This document shows positions 33,101-46,741 of a DNA stretch of 64,000 nt, piece by piece. Both the position numbers and the translations under genes were made by a program. Below the pieces are notes generated by a model. The model saw only the letters and a program-made list of their open reading frames with translations. It did no database searches and had not been told where the DNA came from. Position 1 is the first letter of the stretch. Each line of letters starts with the position of its first letter. Source of the DNA: Setoptus koraiensis (Eukaryota > Animalia > Arthropoda); the NCBI GenBank assembly GCA_048013815.1, contig CM106585.1:4836001-4900000 (forward strand), written 5' to 3'.

Positions 33101-35335
33101 GTACAAACCATTGGGTCGATCACCCTTCCTAAGAAGACACTTCCATAAAAAACGTTCTTTTATGATACCCTCTTGGTCATCCGGTAACTTAATTTCATGT
33201 TGTTGAATATTGAAATAGATCTGTTTCAATAGATCGAAATCAAAGTTATCTCCGGCGTTCTGTCCTTTAAGGTTCTTGACAAAATCTTCCAATGTCATTC
33301 TCTTTTGTACTCCTTTTTTATGCTGATCGACATTTAAGATAATTATCGCATAAGACAAACTAAGTGCAGCATCATCGTTTTTGAGTAACTTTGGATTACG
33401 ACTACGCCAATGAGATGAAAAACTCACCAATATTCTCTCAATAAGCTGCGATTCGCCAGCCAGTCTAAACATGTCCAACATAGTTCGCAGAGCCTCATCA
33501 ATTCTCGAGTTTTTCACATTGATACTCTGGATGAATGCGTTTCTTATGGGTTCGTTGTGTTTCTCCGACAAGAATTTCCCTAAAGCTGTCTTATTTATTT
33601 TTGGATTATCCCTCAAAAAATCTACCAAATCATCATTGTTTGTAATGAGATCATTCTCCTTGATAAACTTTATTCCATCCACACCGGGCTTCGAGCTTGT
33701 ATTGAATTTTTCTGTAGCCGTCCATAACAATCGCTTGCGGCGTTTAGCTTCTACAAGTTTTTCATAGTCTCTGGGGAAATATTTCGTCAAATCAATGTTC
33801 TTATCATCTCTTGAGATGTTACTACCACACAATGACAGTGTAACGTGTTCATCAGTTTCTGCCTTATGCAAACTAGACAAAGTGGCTAGTAAACATTCAA
33901 ATGAAGAGTGCTGATTGGCTGAGAATGGTGGAAAAGAATTCTTAGAGCACAACTCTATGAAATCTTTAAAGATATTCGCTGCGTATTGATCACAATCGTA
34001 ATTATAATAGAGCTCATAAGGAAGATAATCAACCTGATTGAAAAACTTTACCAGGGTTGTTAAAGATATTCTAGTAAACTCAGGACAAGTTGAACATATG
34101 TGTGACTCTGAGGACTTATGAGCGCTAGTATTCGTTGCGGCTGCTTCGTCCATCAACTCCATTAATCTCATAATGAAGGCTTCAAATTGATACTTTAGGT
34201 AGGCTCTTAGCTTGACGAATATATCATGGGCGAGCGCTGAAGCCAAACTAAATATCTCAGCGCTTAATTGCAATGGACGGTCCGTATGTTCGTGACAATA
34301 GCGTGGAGTTTTGAGCAACATAAGAATGTTCCAACAGATATCATTTTTAATTACTTGTAGCAGACATCGGTAGTCTTTTATGACATTTGCCGAAGATTGA
34401 AATGCCATTGATAGAAGTCTTAAACCTAATAGAATTTTCTCCTCACTATAACGTTCCTCTTCGGCTGGATTTATCAATGACGCCAAATAACAGAATAAAT
34501 CGTTGATCAAAGGTAAACCGAACGGTGCGTTCCTATCCTGATTTATTGGAACCACAGAGGAGAAAGAGGATTCTTGGCTCAAGTTGTCTTGATTTGATAT
34601 GGATTGATTGCCAGCATCTATCAATTCCTTGAATGCTGTTTTTGAGTTGGTCAGTCTGATACGCATCTTGAAACTCGAACCGAGACGTTGATTCTCCTCA
34701 AACAAATGCAACGATTCAAATAAAGCCTGGCACATAACAAGCAGTTTTTCTGCCGCCATTGTCCTGAGCCATTCGCTTAGTTTAGAATGGTGAGCCAGCT
34801 GGAAACAATAAATTAGTATTTCTGATACAGAATCATTTGTTAAATTACGATACCTATTGCATATTAGTAGCTCTGATAATTCCAAAACACGCCAGTAGAC
34901 AAACTCCACACCAGTTCCATCGTTGGGGCTTTTGAATGGCAATTTGGGTTGATTGATTTTGGTGATAGATTCAGCTATTAGTTGCAATGAGCTGGGACCG
35001 TTGACTATGCCAATCTTCGTCAATACTAACAACGACCTAAGACTGAGATATGTGATTTGTACATCGCACAACTCGATGGCCTCACAGAAGGGAGCCACAA
35101 AATCGGCGTCAGAGATTACAAGATCCTCGTAAGAGTTGACATTGTTCAACTTGTGACACAATAGACGAATGGAGCGCAATATTGGGTCCTTAGGTAAATG
35201 ATCGAATGGCGAAGAATCACCTCGTGGCGCCGGCTCCTCCGAGCAGTCCGAGTGTCGTTCCACTAGCTTCGCAAGACTATCAAACTCTTTACGTATATTC
35301 GATGCAATGGTCTTGTAGTCCTTATCCATATCCAT
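30153..35335 (-). CDS. GBF1: Golgi ARF-GEF GBF1/gartenzwerg (~1685 aa, 2 exons)
   Basis: DCB/HUS region (LYYNYDCDQYAANIF), Sec7 domain with Glu finger FRLAGESQLIER and YAIIILNVDQH, and HDS domains (WCPLLQ, ESIPQSLKNMLLVM). Exon 1 is 35335-30734 (GAA/gtaagt); 125-bp intron; exon 2 is 30608-30153 (tag/TTC, in frame). Confidence 0.96.
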
Positions 35336-35933
35336 CCTGACGGTGGTAGTGGTGGTTACTGTTCCTGATAGTAGCTGCAATTCTCCACTAATTTATTGAA
35401 TAGTATACAACTATTATAATATATATAATTATGTGTGTTAGTAATACCTGTTATCATTAGGATGTTATAGATATCCATCTATCTAAAACTATCTAATAAA
35501 TAAATACATGGATACAATCAAATCTAATGTAATCCATCAAGTCGTATGGATCGGACACAAATGCCAACAGCTGTGACGTGATGTTGCGTAAACCACTCAA
35601 CTTGTGAGAATCTATAACAGAATTGGCCACTATACGACGTGCGATCATACAGTTATTATGTCATTCAGTAGATTCTCATTTGTGGAATCACGCACAAAAC
35701 AATAGCTCACTATAATGCTCGAAATTGGGAACATTTCCCTACATGTGGCGCCACCTGACAATCGAACGCATCGTGAGCCGCGCTTTTGTTTTGTAAACAA
35801 AATGAAGATGATGGCCACTACATGTTTTGAGAGTTGCACACCACAACTCGTCGCGTCTATTTCCATTGGAAACTAGAAAGCATGGCATCAATTATCATGA
35901 TATAATTGTCTAGAGACATCTTAACTACCAACA

Positions 35934-36479
35934 ATGCCTGAAGAACAACCACCAGCAACAATCGAGGCAGTCCAACTAGAGGGCGAACAAGTTCAACCAG
36001 TGGCCGATCAAGTTGCACCCTCCAACAAACCCATGTGTCCATATGGATACGATTGTTTACGTAAAAATGCACAACATCTTGAGAAGTATGACCACCCCAA
36101 TGAAGAAAACGATGAAGATATGATAGAAGTTAAAGGGGAAAATGGTTCTGTGACGAGAAAACGAAAAACTGAAACCTATAGCGAAAAATGGAAGAAGAGG
36201 CGTGTGGTCGAGGAGGAATCTATTCAAAAAACCTTGAAGATTCAAAAGTCATACTCCCTCGCAGCTCGCCATCTATCTACAGCCATCGATCCTAACCATT
36301 CATCAACTCGCTCGTATCAGTCGGAATATGATATCACCCCCGCTCGTAAGAGTCTGTCCAAAGAATATCTAAAGGAATTTTTGAAGAGGGCGAAATCAGC
36401 GTCGGATAAAAAGGAAGAACCAAAAACCAGGCCAAAGATAGGCAAAGGCTTCAAGCCGGGTGAGGAATTTACATTGTGA
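35934..36479 (+). CDS. small basic protein with one APLF-type PBZ (CCHH) zinc finger (181 aa)
   Basis: KPMCPYGYDCLRKNAQHLEKYDHP fits CxYGxxCxRxxxxHxxxxxH; NLS-like RKRK..KWKKRR; divergent from GBF1. Confidence 0.78.
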   Translation: MPEEQPPATIEAVQLEGEQVQPVADQVAPSNKPMCPYGYDCLRKNAQHLEKYDHPNEENDEDMIEVKGENGSVTRKRKTETYSEKWKKRRVVEEESIQKTLKIQKSYSLAARHLSTAIDPNHSSTRSYQSEYDITPARKSLSKEYLKEFLKRAKSASDKKEEPKTRPKIGKGFKPGEEFTL

Positions 36480-36673
36480 CACAGCTAATTTTGACCTCAT
36501 GAATTGATAATCCAGAGTTTTTCTCATGTCAGTATGGGATATCGATGTGTACATATATTAGTTATTAGATATACAATCTACCATGATATATTTTCATATA
36601 ATAAAATCTATTCACTTCAATCTATCAGGCTATCATGAATTAATGTACAGATACTATACTATATATTTAAAAT

Positions 36674-39020
36674 CTACTCTGTCAGTTTACGATCGTAGTT
36701 TAGATACAATTTAAGTGCATGCGGCAGGGGAAGATCCAGGATGACTTCTCTCATATGTTCAAAATATTGTCTTGACTCGGATATTCTCGGCCGTTTAACT
36801 CTCACTTTTGAATTTGAATTTGGACTTTTAGGTTTGGAAGATGACTTTCGTTTCGCTTTGGCGTGATCAGATTTAGAAGAATCTCGCTTGGCAGATTTTG
36901 TTCTATTGTTGTTGCAATCGTTGCTGATATTATCTGTTATTTTGTTTTGAGAATGGTGTTTGAATCGTGCAGCTGAACATACATCCGTTTTTTTCGCTTT
37001 AGTACGGCTAGAATTCTTATGAGAATGATTCGAATCTTTATCTTTACATTTGTCTGTAGATTTATTTTTACCTGAGTGGCCCGTAGAAGAGTTAGTTATT
37101 TGATGACTGCAGCTAGGTTTTGATGGAGTATCGTTGGCCGAAATGTTTGAACAACGCTTGGCAGAATTATCGAGCATCTTATCTTCATTTGTTTCCCCAT
37201 TATAAGATGTAGCGGAGTTCTTTCTTCGTTTCATTCGACTACTTGTTCTTTCCTCATCTTTTTCTACCCTTTTTTCCTTCAATTTGACAACATCATCAGT
37301 TGCGACATTGTTCTCTGAACATTTTCTATTGGTATCACTAGTGTTGGGTCGTCCGGGGTCATTCGTGTGACTTTTTTGTGTCGTTTTTGTAGTTGTATGT
37401 GAATCACAAGGTTTTGTCACACAAGGACACCCTTCCGCCATATCATCTTGATCTAATCCTGATGACATGGATACCGAAGAGGTAGAATCGCGATCATCTA
37501 AATCATTGTCGTCGTTAACACTTTCGGAGTCAGAGTGGTTTTCATCGGATCCAAAGCCTATTCTAAAAACTGATGCTGCACTCCTCAGTGTTATCATGTT
37601 TATAATGTCCTCGTGTGCCCTATCTGAATCCGAATCATAATCACTACAATCATCAATGTCATCACTATCGTCAATGTCGTGTTCATTTGAATCCATATCT
37701 TCATCATCACTGGAATTAGTCTCCGAATCTAGTCCATTATGGACAAAACGTTCTAACATCATGAAGGGTAGTGAAATTTGACAAGCCGCCTCCTTGCCAG
37801 TTGTAGTCGATGATGATGAAGAAGAAGAAGAGGGGGACGATGATGACGAGGATGAAGTTGATATAATGTCCCCGTCGTTCATTGCTCCATCCGTTAGATT
37901 GGAACTTTGATCATGATTTGATGGGCCTCTTTGATCATTGCCATCATCTGAAGTTTTGTTTTTACTATGTCTGCATGAGTCGTCGTGCATTTTAGATCTT
38001 GCCTTGATTTTTTCACGATTCTTCATAATAATTTGATTTCTTTGTTTGAGATTGTCGCAGAATTTGATATCGGGATATTTTTTGTCAATTTGATCCCTGA
38101 TATAGTGTCTAATATTGTCACGGCAGATCTCATTCAAGCTTTTGGGATTGATATAAGGTAAATCGAGCTTTTCATTGCCGTCTTTGGCGATGAGAGTGTT
38201 GAAAATGACAGACAACAGACTTTGTTTGTCCCATTCAAACTCGCTTATTCTTTCATAACGGACTAGTTGTTCATTGATTGGCATAACAAGTATGCCTCCG
38301 ATTTTGATGAGGTCTTTCATGTAGTTTTCGTGATCTGGGTGACATGCAGCACCTAAGTAGATGCGATCGTAGCGTCGCGTCGACGGGTTTAGTTTCAGGC
38401 AGTCGCCTTGAATGAAATGTGGCTCAAGGAAGTCGTGTTTGTCCAAAGCAAACGATTGTTGCTTGAATAGAGCGACTTTTTTGTTTGCATACTCAACAAC
38501 ATTGTCGTGAATTTCAACGCCGTGATTGACACCATGCGGGCCAATCATTAGTCCGGCCAGAGTGCTGAGATAGCCCGTGCCTGAGCCCAGATTTAGAAAT
38601 GAGAGGCCCGGTTTGAGGTCGAGAGCCTCGAGCACTCTAGCGTAGATGCAAGGCGCCGATAGATGTATGTTGCCCACCTTCCAGGGTCCATGATAAGGCG
38701 AAAATTTGTCGGTTACATTGTCCAGGAACAAAGCACTGGACAGTGTGGGGCGATATTGTGGATATCATTGGATATTGTGGATATCATTGGATAATGTGGA
38801 TATATTATTGGATAATATGGAGATGTTGGTGTTACTAACAATGATATCATAGCAGCATGGGCAGTACACATAGAGGGTAAAGGTGTTTCATTGAGAATAC
38901 TAACCGATCGACGGATCGCAAGACGCGCTCCACTGATGGCGTCGTAATGTGGCTCTCCTTGGTGAGTCTGTCATTGAGCTCCTGATTCGATTTCGATACC
39001 CTAGACGGGGATATGCCCAT
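36674..39020 (-). CDS. PCMTD1: PCMTD1/2-like methyltransferase-domain SOCS-box protein (~725 aa, 2 exons)
   Basis: Exon 1 is 39020-38905 (MGISPS..RSVDR, CG/gttagt); exon 2 is 38735-36674. GNIHLSAPCIY and SFLNLGSGTGYLST match PCMTD1. BC box SLNEICR and Cul5 box LPLPHALKLYL are present. Confidence 0.94.
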
Positions 39021-41040
39021 GGTTGTTGTTGGTGGTGGCGGTGGTGCAATATGATGGTGCAAAATAAATATCCACAATCCAATATTATCAGTGTGATGAA
39101 CTGTTTTATTTTATTGCTACAAATGAGCTACTGTATGCTTTGCAAGCGTAATATTTGTTCTCGTTGTTGTTGCTGCTGCTGCTGCTGCTGTTGCTACAGT
39201 CGTTGCTGATTGCAATAGACACACGCAAATATTGTCGGCTGACAATTGTGAGCAGTATAGTGTATAGTTACTATCTGACGATATTGATTGTGTCGTCACA
39301 AGTGCAGTGACCAATATGGATATGACGATTATCTACGCTACGGTGATACAGTCTGATATATCCACTTCTCAGGAACCAAATTACGATGCACTGATATACA
39401 AAGTATACTCCACACAGAGAGCAAAGGCTCACAGCCTATATAAACGGTACTATTCGCAATGTTATTGTGTCCACGTAGAATGCTGTGGAAGCAGCAGCAC
39501 AACAACAACAACACCAATGTAAACACTAGCTAGTCAGATACAAGCTTGTGCGCACTGCGCAAAAATAGCATCTTTATTCTCGCAACTCCCTTTACTCAAC
39601 CCAATGCACTAATCTTTCTTCTCTCCTCCTCGTTCTATTCGTTGCTGCCTATCATGATTCCACTCATGATGAACATGATTATTATTTTATCTATCAACAT
39701 CTCGCTTTTTGCAAACTCCGACACTGTAGCGCTGTCGAAATCACATAGTAAACATACATCCAGTGTGTTCAGTACGTATATTCAGTGACAAATCTTGTAC
39801 ACTCGACAGCTCGAGCCTCTCAACAGACACCATGAACTTTCTGTACGTTGACTCGGTGCACTATGGTCAAATCAAACATGTCTGTTTATCTGCTTGATTG
39901 CCACTATCGTGTACTCCAATTAATGTTAAAGACAAAAACATTCGCCGCTACTGCTATGATACCATCAGTTTAGCTCAATTACAAAACACTTGATTGGTTT
40001 TGTTGCTATATGTAACCATAATGTAACAACAACAACCATTTGCTGCACAGGTTAATGTGCTCGAATCTCCAGCCACCATCTTATTGCACTATCATCTATC
40101 CATACCTCTCTCGCACACCCACATGCGCAAACTGGGCTGTCCGCCGCGACCCGCAACTATTGCCTCGCCGTCGCTAGCGGTTGTTACACCCCCCACCCCC
40201 CTCGCTTGATTGCACCATTTCCGTGCACCATCTCTGACGGGCTCCTCATAACAACGAAAACTACAGCTACAACGATTGTTATTCTATCAAGTTTTATGGG
40301 ATGCAAGACGATGCCAGCTGACATACATGTGGCGACAAGTCTTGGTGTCGTCTTTTTTACACTTGTCGTAGAAAACGCTACTGTTACAGTAGCGAAAACT
40401 CGATATCTTCTTAACTTCGTCGCTTGATTGAGACACCCTTCTAAGACAACGAAAACAAACTTTATTCCCTAACTGAATCTCATAAATTCTAATCTAGAGA
40501 TCCGTAACTTTAGGCCTGATCCTGCACTATCAGAATTAGTACATTTATATCAATTGCTCTTCCGTATCCAATTGTCAGAGATACCATGAACTGATCTCTA
40601 GATAACATACCTCAATTTTCGACAACGAATCCAGTGTCTCCATAATCAAGCAGGTATTTACCTTCCGCCATACCTACCGGCACTAATCTGTGTTCACCCA
40701 TCGGCCAATTCTTTTCTAGGCTTTTCCGGCCTAGACATTTACTCTCGCAAGTCTAGGGTAAAGGTCTAATTTCGATTGAATTCTTAGCATTCTTTCTGTG
40801 GTCACTAGAAAGGTTACCCCTGCGTTGTCACTATCGTCATTAACAGGAAAGACAATTCCAAGATGAGACCGTTTGTTGATTTTTTTCACTTTAATATAAA
40901 TTCACTTCAATATAAATTAAATATGAAAATTATAGGCCGAAATAGGTTAGGTTCTACATGGTTGGAAAAATAAGTGCCGCCGGAGTGCAAGTTACATATA
41001 TACATAGAACTGCTCAACAGATATTATACAAATTCGTATA

Positions 41041-44000
41041 TTATGAATATCGATTGTAATCTTGGGCACAATACAATTCGTCTTCGGAACCCGAGAAATT
41101 GCCGTCTTCGATATCTTCACTCAGTCTTGATGCAGCGCGACCCGGTTTCCTCATAAACTTTGTACCCTCACTTATTTCGTCAATATTGTTGGTGGGTAGA
41201 CGTGAAAAGCCTAACTTGTGATGATATTTGTTCTTGTCCATAAGTCCATACATATAAATTAATAACAATATACTAGGCAAAACTATTATTGCACACAATA
41301 GAAACAGATATTTCAACTCGTCAGACTTCTCTATCAGACTTCTGGAAAGAGCCACATCTGGTGTGAGTGGCTTATTGTGGATGTCCGAGGGTTTCGCATG
41401 AATCTTAGCGAATAATGGATGACCCTCTACGTCATTTACATTGACGGTTTCATTCTTCACAGGTATGCTGTTCATTCTATGCTCCAAAGTACCCGATCCC
41501 ATACTGATTTCCTGGTCGTCCAAGTCTGTCGCCAGAGTAGCTTCAGGTATGCTCGAGGATAAATCTTTGGAGCCTCTGATAAGAGAAAAATCAACGCGCT
41601 TTGACGGTGTACCTAATTGAGAATTTAGATCAGTTCTTACATCTTCAGTATACAATTGTTTACATAAATCAAAATATCAACAGAAGCACGATCAAAACTT
41701 TTTCAACAGTGAAACTTACCCTCCTTACTGATTGTTACTGTTCGATGTGCAGTTCTAAAGCCTTGCTTAGAAACGGAAATCTGATATTCCCCCGGCAACA
41801 GAATGCGCCAGTAATCACCATCTTTTGCAGATACTACGTCATGATTGAGATCCTTAATGTGAATGGTAGCATTACTTATACCTGTGTCATTATCATCGCG
41901 AATCATACCATAGATGCCTCGATGTGATTCCATGATGAATTTGAGAAGTGATAGTTTGTTATCTTGCCAATATTTGGGCATATCTTTTGCGTAAGGATAC
42001 TTTCGACAACCTAGTTCAACAGTAATTTCAAAACAATTAGTATATAGGTAGTTCCAGTCTTGCATCCCGCCAAACAGGTTGTACCATTTTGCTCCGTTGG
42101 TGATTCCATCTGGAAACTTCTCGTTCAAGAGACTTTTTTTATCTGAACCGCAAACATCATAACAATGGTCACCAATACCCATAGAAGCGTGACTTTTCGA
42201 ATATGACAAGGCCAAGTGTCTGAAGATGGCATCATCCGGAGCTGCAGAATAAACTTTGTCTTCTCCCAGCTTATTGCCATCATATGGATAGTTAGCAACC
42301 ATCGATCCTGTGTGCAAGGGATAAAAGAAAAGAATGGTTAAGATCACATACTTCATCAACGATATATAAAAGAATCCATTCATGTAGTTATAGGATTGAA
42401 AGTTCGAATTCACTCACCGCCATGGAAGTTAGCAGACAGTACAAATGGTATCGATTGCGACCAATCCATCACCGCTTTAACCTCGGGTTGAGCTAGTGTG
42501 TTTTGTATGTTGCTCTCATATTGATCGGGAAAATTTCGATTCAGATCCTGATACATAGCATTTTCTCGTCCTGTTTCCGACTCACAATCACCCTCGGTTG
42601 CTTTCTCATAACCATCAGGATTCATAGATGGAAGTAAATGTATGCGAGTAGAGTGAATCAAATCCGTAACAAACTTATCCTGCCCGTAATTCTCTAATAA
42701 TAACTTAGCTAGTAATAATAAATTCTCTTTTCCAACAACCTCATTTCCATGCATGTTGGCTACATACTTGAACTCGGGTTTAAGCAATTGGTGCATTCCT
42801 GGTTTATCACTTATTTCCAAGACCCATATATTCAATCCATTGTGACTCTTTCCAATACTGTATAGACGGGATATGGATGAATATTGCTGGCTGAGGTTAT
42901 TCAGTACCTCAGTCATTTCGGTATAATTATGATGTTTATCCAGTGCTGTTGGGCTCAAAAAGTCTATCTTGTTCAAGTCTGCATCAGTTGTCGAGAACAG
43001 CGAAGGAAGAGTTTTCAACAAAGTGGAGGAGCTAGTGACTTCAGCCTTATGTTCATTATCTAGCCCTTGATCTATTTTTTTTTCAGTAGGTATAATATTG
43101 CTTGATTCGAAATTTATAGGGTCGAGACTGAAATCTATTCTCACGGGATCGACATGACCAGTCAGTGGATCTGGTGCCGGACTACGAATCTGACTATGAA
43201 CTTTTGGTATATAGCCATCGGCATCCACCTTGATATCATACAAATGGCCAGGTGTTGCTAAACGCCAATATTCTCCATGCTCTGTTGTTGTAATGTTATG
43301 ATCAACACCTCCAAGGGTTATTTTTGCACCTTTAATTGGTTTCTTAGTGATACTGTCAGTAACTAAACCTGCAAATCCTAGCCGATGCAATTGTAGAAAC
43401 GAGAAAATCGAGTTGGCATGATTCAGCCATTCTCGCTCCAGAGCATCAGGTTCAGGATATTTGCAGCAGTCTAGGTAAATATCGATGGGCACGTCATTGG
43501 TATATTTATAACTGAAATCGTTCATTGTGCCAGTTACAACACCAAACTGAGCACCATTCGCAAGAGTTTCATTTCCGCCTAAAATAGGGCAGTTGCTGTT
43601 CACTAGTTTTTGAGGGTGCTCATCGGAGTAAGTGTTTGCCAAATATTCAAACAATTCTTTATCGGGCGCAGGATTATAATCTGTGTTCTTAGCATTCTCC
43701 GAAGAAGTATGATCATATGGATAGCTAATTCCCGACACACCTCCTCTCAGCTTGGCGGACAGTATTATACGGTTATTGTTTGTAAGCCAATGGATGATCT
43801 GTTTTGTCTCTTGTTGAATTTTGGTATTTACCAAAATATCCTCTAACTTCTCGTATTGGAATGTTGGAAAGTCTTTATCCAAATCAATATCATTTACGTT
43901 TTTCCTTCCAGTGTCCTTAGTGGCGGAGAAGCAATTACCTCGCTTGGCCTTCTTGAAACCATCTGGGTTCAATGAGGGAACCAAGTATATATCGCTGGAT

Positions 44001-44617
44001 TGTACCAATTGTTGGATTCTGGGATCTTGTTTGTTTCTGTAACCGTCTAGGAGGAATGCCGCGAGATAGAGGATAAGCTCCCGCCCTACTGTTTCATCAC
44101 CGTGTATGTTTGCATATAGGCCTATGGATGGTTTCAAGATCTCTGCACTGTGTTGCAACTGGGTTTGCTGATTTTGATGTTGACTAGTTGATATTCGGAT
44201 ACCAATAATGTAATCTCCCAATTGGCTGCGTCCAATCGTGAAAGATTGAGCTAAATCCGAATACGAACCTGTGAGATTGCCTATAGTGTACCCTAGATGC
44301 TTAGAGTCATGAAAACCTTGGTGTATTATTGATTTGACTGGCTCTGACAACAGATCTTCGTTGTCGAAATAAATCTTTTTATCATTGAAATTCAAGGTGG
44401 ACGTAAAGGAAGCTCTTTTAAGTCGACTAGCTATGTGAGGATGTTGTGGAGATAATAGATCTACTGAATCCGATGACTCTTGTTTGCCACTGAGACCATT
44501 GTTTGATTGATCATTGAAATCGACTTTTGCCCTCACAATTAAATGGTGGGATTGCAAGGTAAATAATATCACAAATATTGTTGACAATAAGTTGTCGGAA
44601 TGCATTATTTTCTTCAT
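41041..44617 (-). CDS. CPD: carboxypeptidase D (silver)-like M14B peptidase with two CP domains, TM and cytosolic tail (~1129 aa, 3 exons)
   Basis: Exons 44617-42418, 42307-41720 and 41642-41041 join in frame. Features: signal peptide, two CP + transthyretin-like units, domain II motifs HGNE, DLNRNFP, SANFHGG and EITVELGC, TM YLFLLCAIIVLPSILLLIYMYGL, tail motifs GFSRL and SEDELY. Confidence 0.96.
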
Positions 44618-46741
44618 TGTGGTGTATAAGGATCAAATTCGGGACATTAACGATGAAGGCTGCTACTAGTTGGCCGGATATAGTCGATTAATAAAAGCAT
44701 CTGGGATAAATGCGGCTGTGTTTCTGATTGAAATTAGAGTATCCTTGATTATTGGCTGGGATGAAATAGATCTGGATCAACCAGTGACACGGGCTATTTA
44801 GACTTAATTAGATTTAATTATCTGATCAGATTTCTGCCCTCTGATGCGTGGCTAGATGTCGCCGCTCTCTTTTGGTGGTGCGGCCTCTGCGATGGTGATA
44901 TTGCTTTGCTGCCGGGCGTGATCAGATACTATATTATGATAAAGGCTGAAATAGATACAAAAAACACAGTCCTCGATCCTTGATTCTGGTGCCCTGGATG
45001 CCTCAAAAGTAACAATGTTGCGTGTGTGTTAATGTTATTGTGTAATATTGTTGGCTGAATCATATGTTAGATTTAGATGGCTGATACATGGTGCGATGTG
45101 CGTAAGATGCTAAGTAAGTGGCAAAATTAATTTTCAGACAGAATGGAAGTTCACTTAATTTTCATTGTTCCCAGCAATTAGTGGTGGAAGCTCAAGACTA
45201 AACACGCGCCACTAGTGAGGCTTGGTGATGGGAGAGTAAATTATATGTGTATTTATTTGATGATAACGCCGAATAGTGTCGCCAAAAGAGTTTCACCAAG
45301 ACTAACGCATGTAGAGGGTGGTAATTAGATGAAACAGCAGCTAACTGACTTACGGGTGGTGTAAATTTATGGTGTGCCGCTGTGACTTGACATCTGTTGT
45401 TAGAAGTGTAATAATTCAGTCTTATAAATGGATCACAATAGAATGACAGCGCTGGCTAACTTTATTGTGCGCGTGTACCATTAAGCCAACACGATTCATT
45501 TGATTTCGCCAGATAACAGGCTCCGATGTGCGATGATAGTTGTCCAAAATTGATTGTAGCTTTCTGTAATGTGTTTACTATTGTTCGGCTGAATCATTAT
45601 AATATTTCAAATGGGTGATCTGTAAAAGTGACGCTTTGAGATACTTATCTCTATTTTGTCACGCCAGCGTTTTATTTTAGGCACTCAAACAAGAAACAGC
45701 TGTTAGCAGTCTAACAGGTTGTAAGTTGGCTGGAAAAGATGAACGCAGGCGCTTTTGTGTGGGAGATTTGCGAGCTTGAACAGTGAAACTCGGACACAAC
45801 GGCTAGACGGTCTTGCCACACTTTTGTTTATCGATGTTGACAGTGAGGTCTCATTGGGATTGTTTCAGTTTGCAGACTAATCAACAATTTACTGTGCCTT
45901 TGACGGTGCCAAATCGACTCTTATGTTGGCCACAGATTCCGTCTGCGGACAGCCTTGCCTCTGTTCTCCGAGTTAGCTGCAGCAGCAACAGGAGCACCAT
46001 GCACCATGCATCATGCACCATAAACAAGTGCAGCTTCTCAACTGAACCAGATAAAACCATATCATACACTATTGCACATTACTGTACATCTTGTATGCTG
46101 CAATACACTCCCACTCACTTCATGTTGTTTGTCGACGAATTCACTTTACAATGATGGTTCCTACACCATTGTGCACCAATCAACAACACTAAAACCGCTA
46201 TTGCTGTTGTACGGTACCAACGGAATTTTGCGTCCGGTGCACAGTGGTACCGTTGATGCCCGAGCGGGGTGTGTTGCGATCCGCTTGTGAGTGTGGGCGA
46301 AAATGGTGAGCAGCTGATCAATATTTGAGATATTTCAAGAAAAATATATAACACAAAGCGCCAACAAACAAACACAATGCTTGTTGAACCCTACAACCAT
46401 CATTACTATTATTACTATTAGTTCACCAATTATATTTACTATACATCATATACATGTAACAAAGAACAAAATCATCATCATATATCTCGAGTGCCCTCGC
46501 TATCATAACTTATAAACCCCCTATCCAGGCCTTACCACACTTGACTACACTTTACCAGTCACGATCATTGATAGCTTTAATTTTAACACATATGATCTGC
46601 AGGCAGACTATTCAAGAAGCAGTCAAAAGTACAATCGTGATATTTTCAACAGCTTAGGGACCAGTCATACAGGTATGGATCAGGACCATTTGTGACGAGC
46701 CTTCATAGACAAGAAATAATATAAATATAACAGAACCTCAG

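Noticed and set aside
40578-40824. Two short matches to U1 snRNA (gagataccatga, acccctgcg)
   Set aside because: They are ~240 nt apart instead of ~70, with no ATACTTACCTG 5' end and no Sm site.
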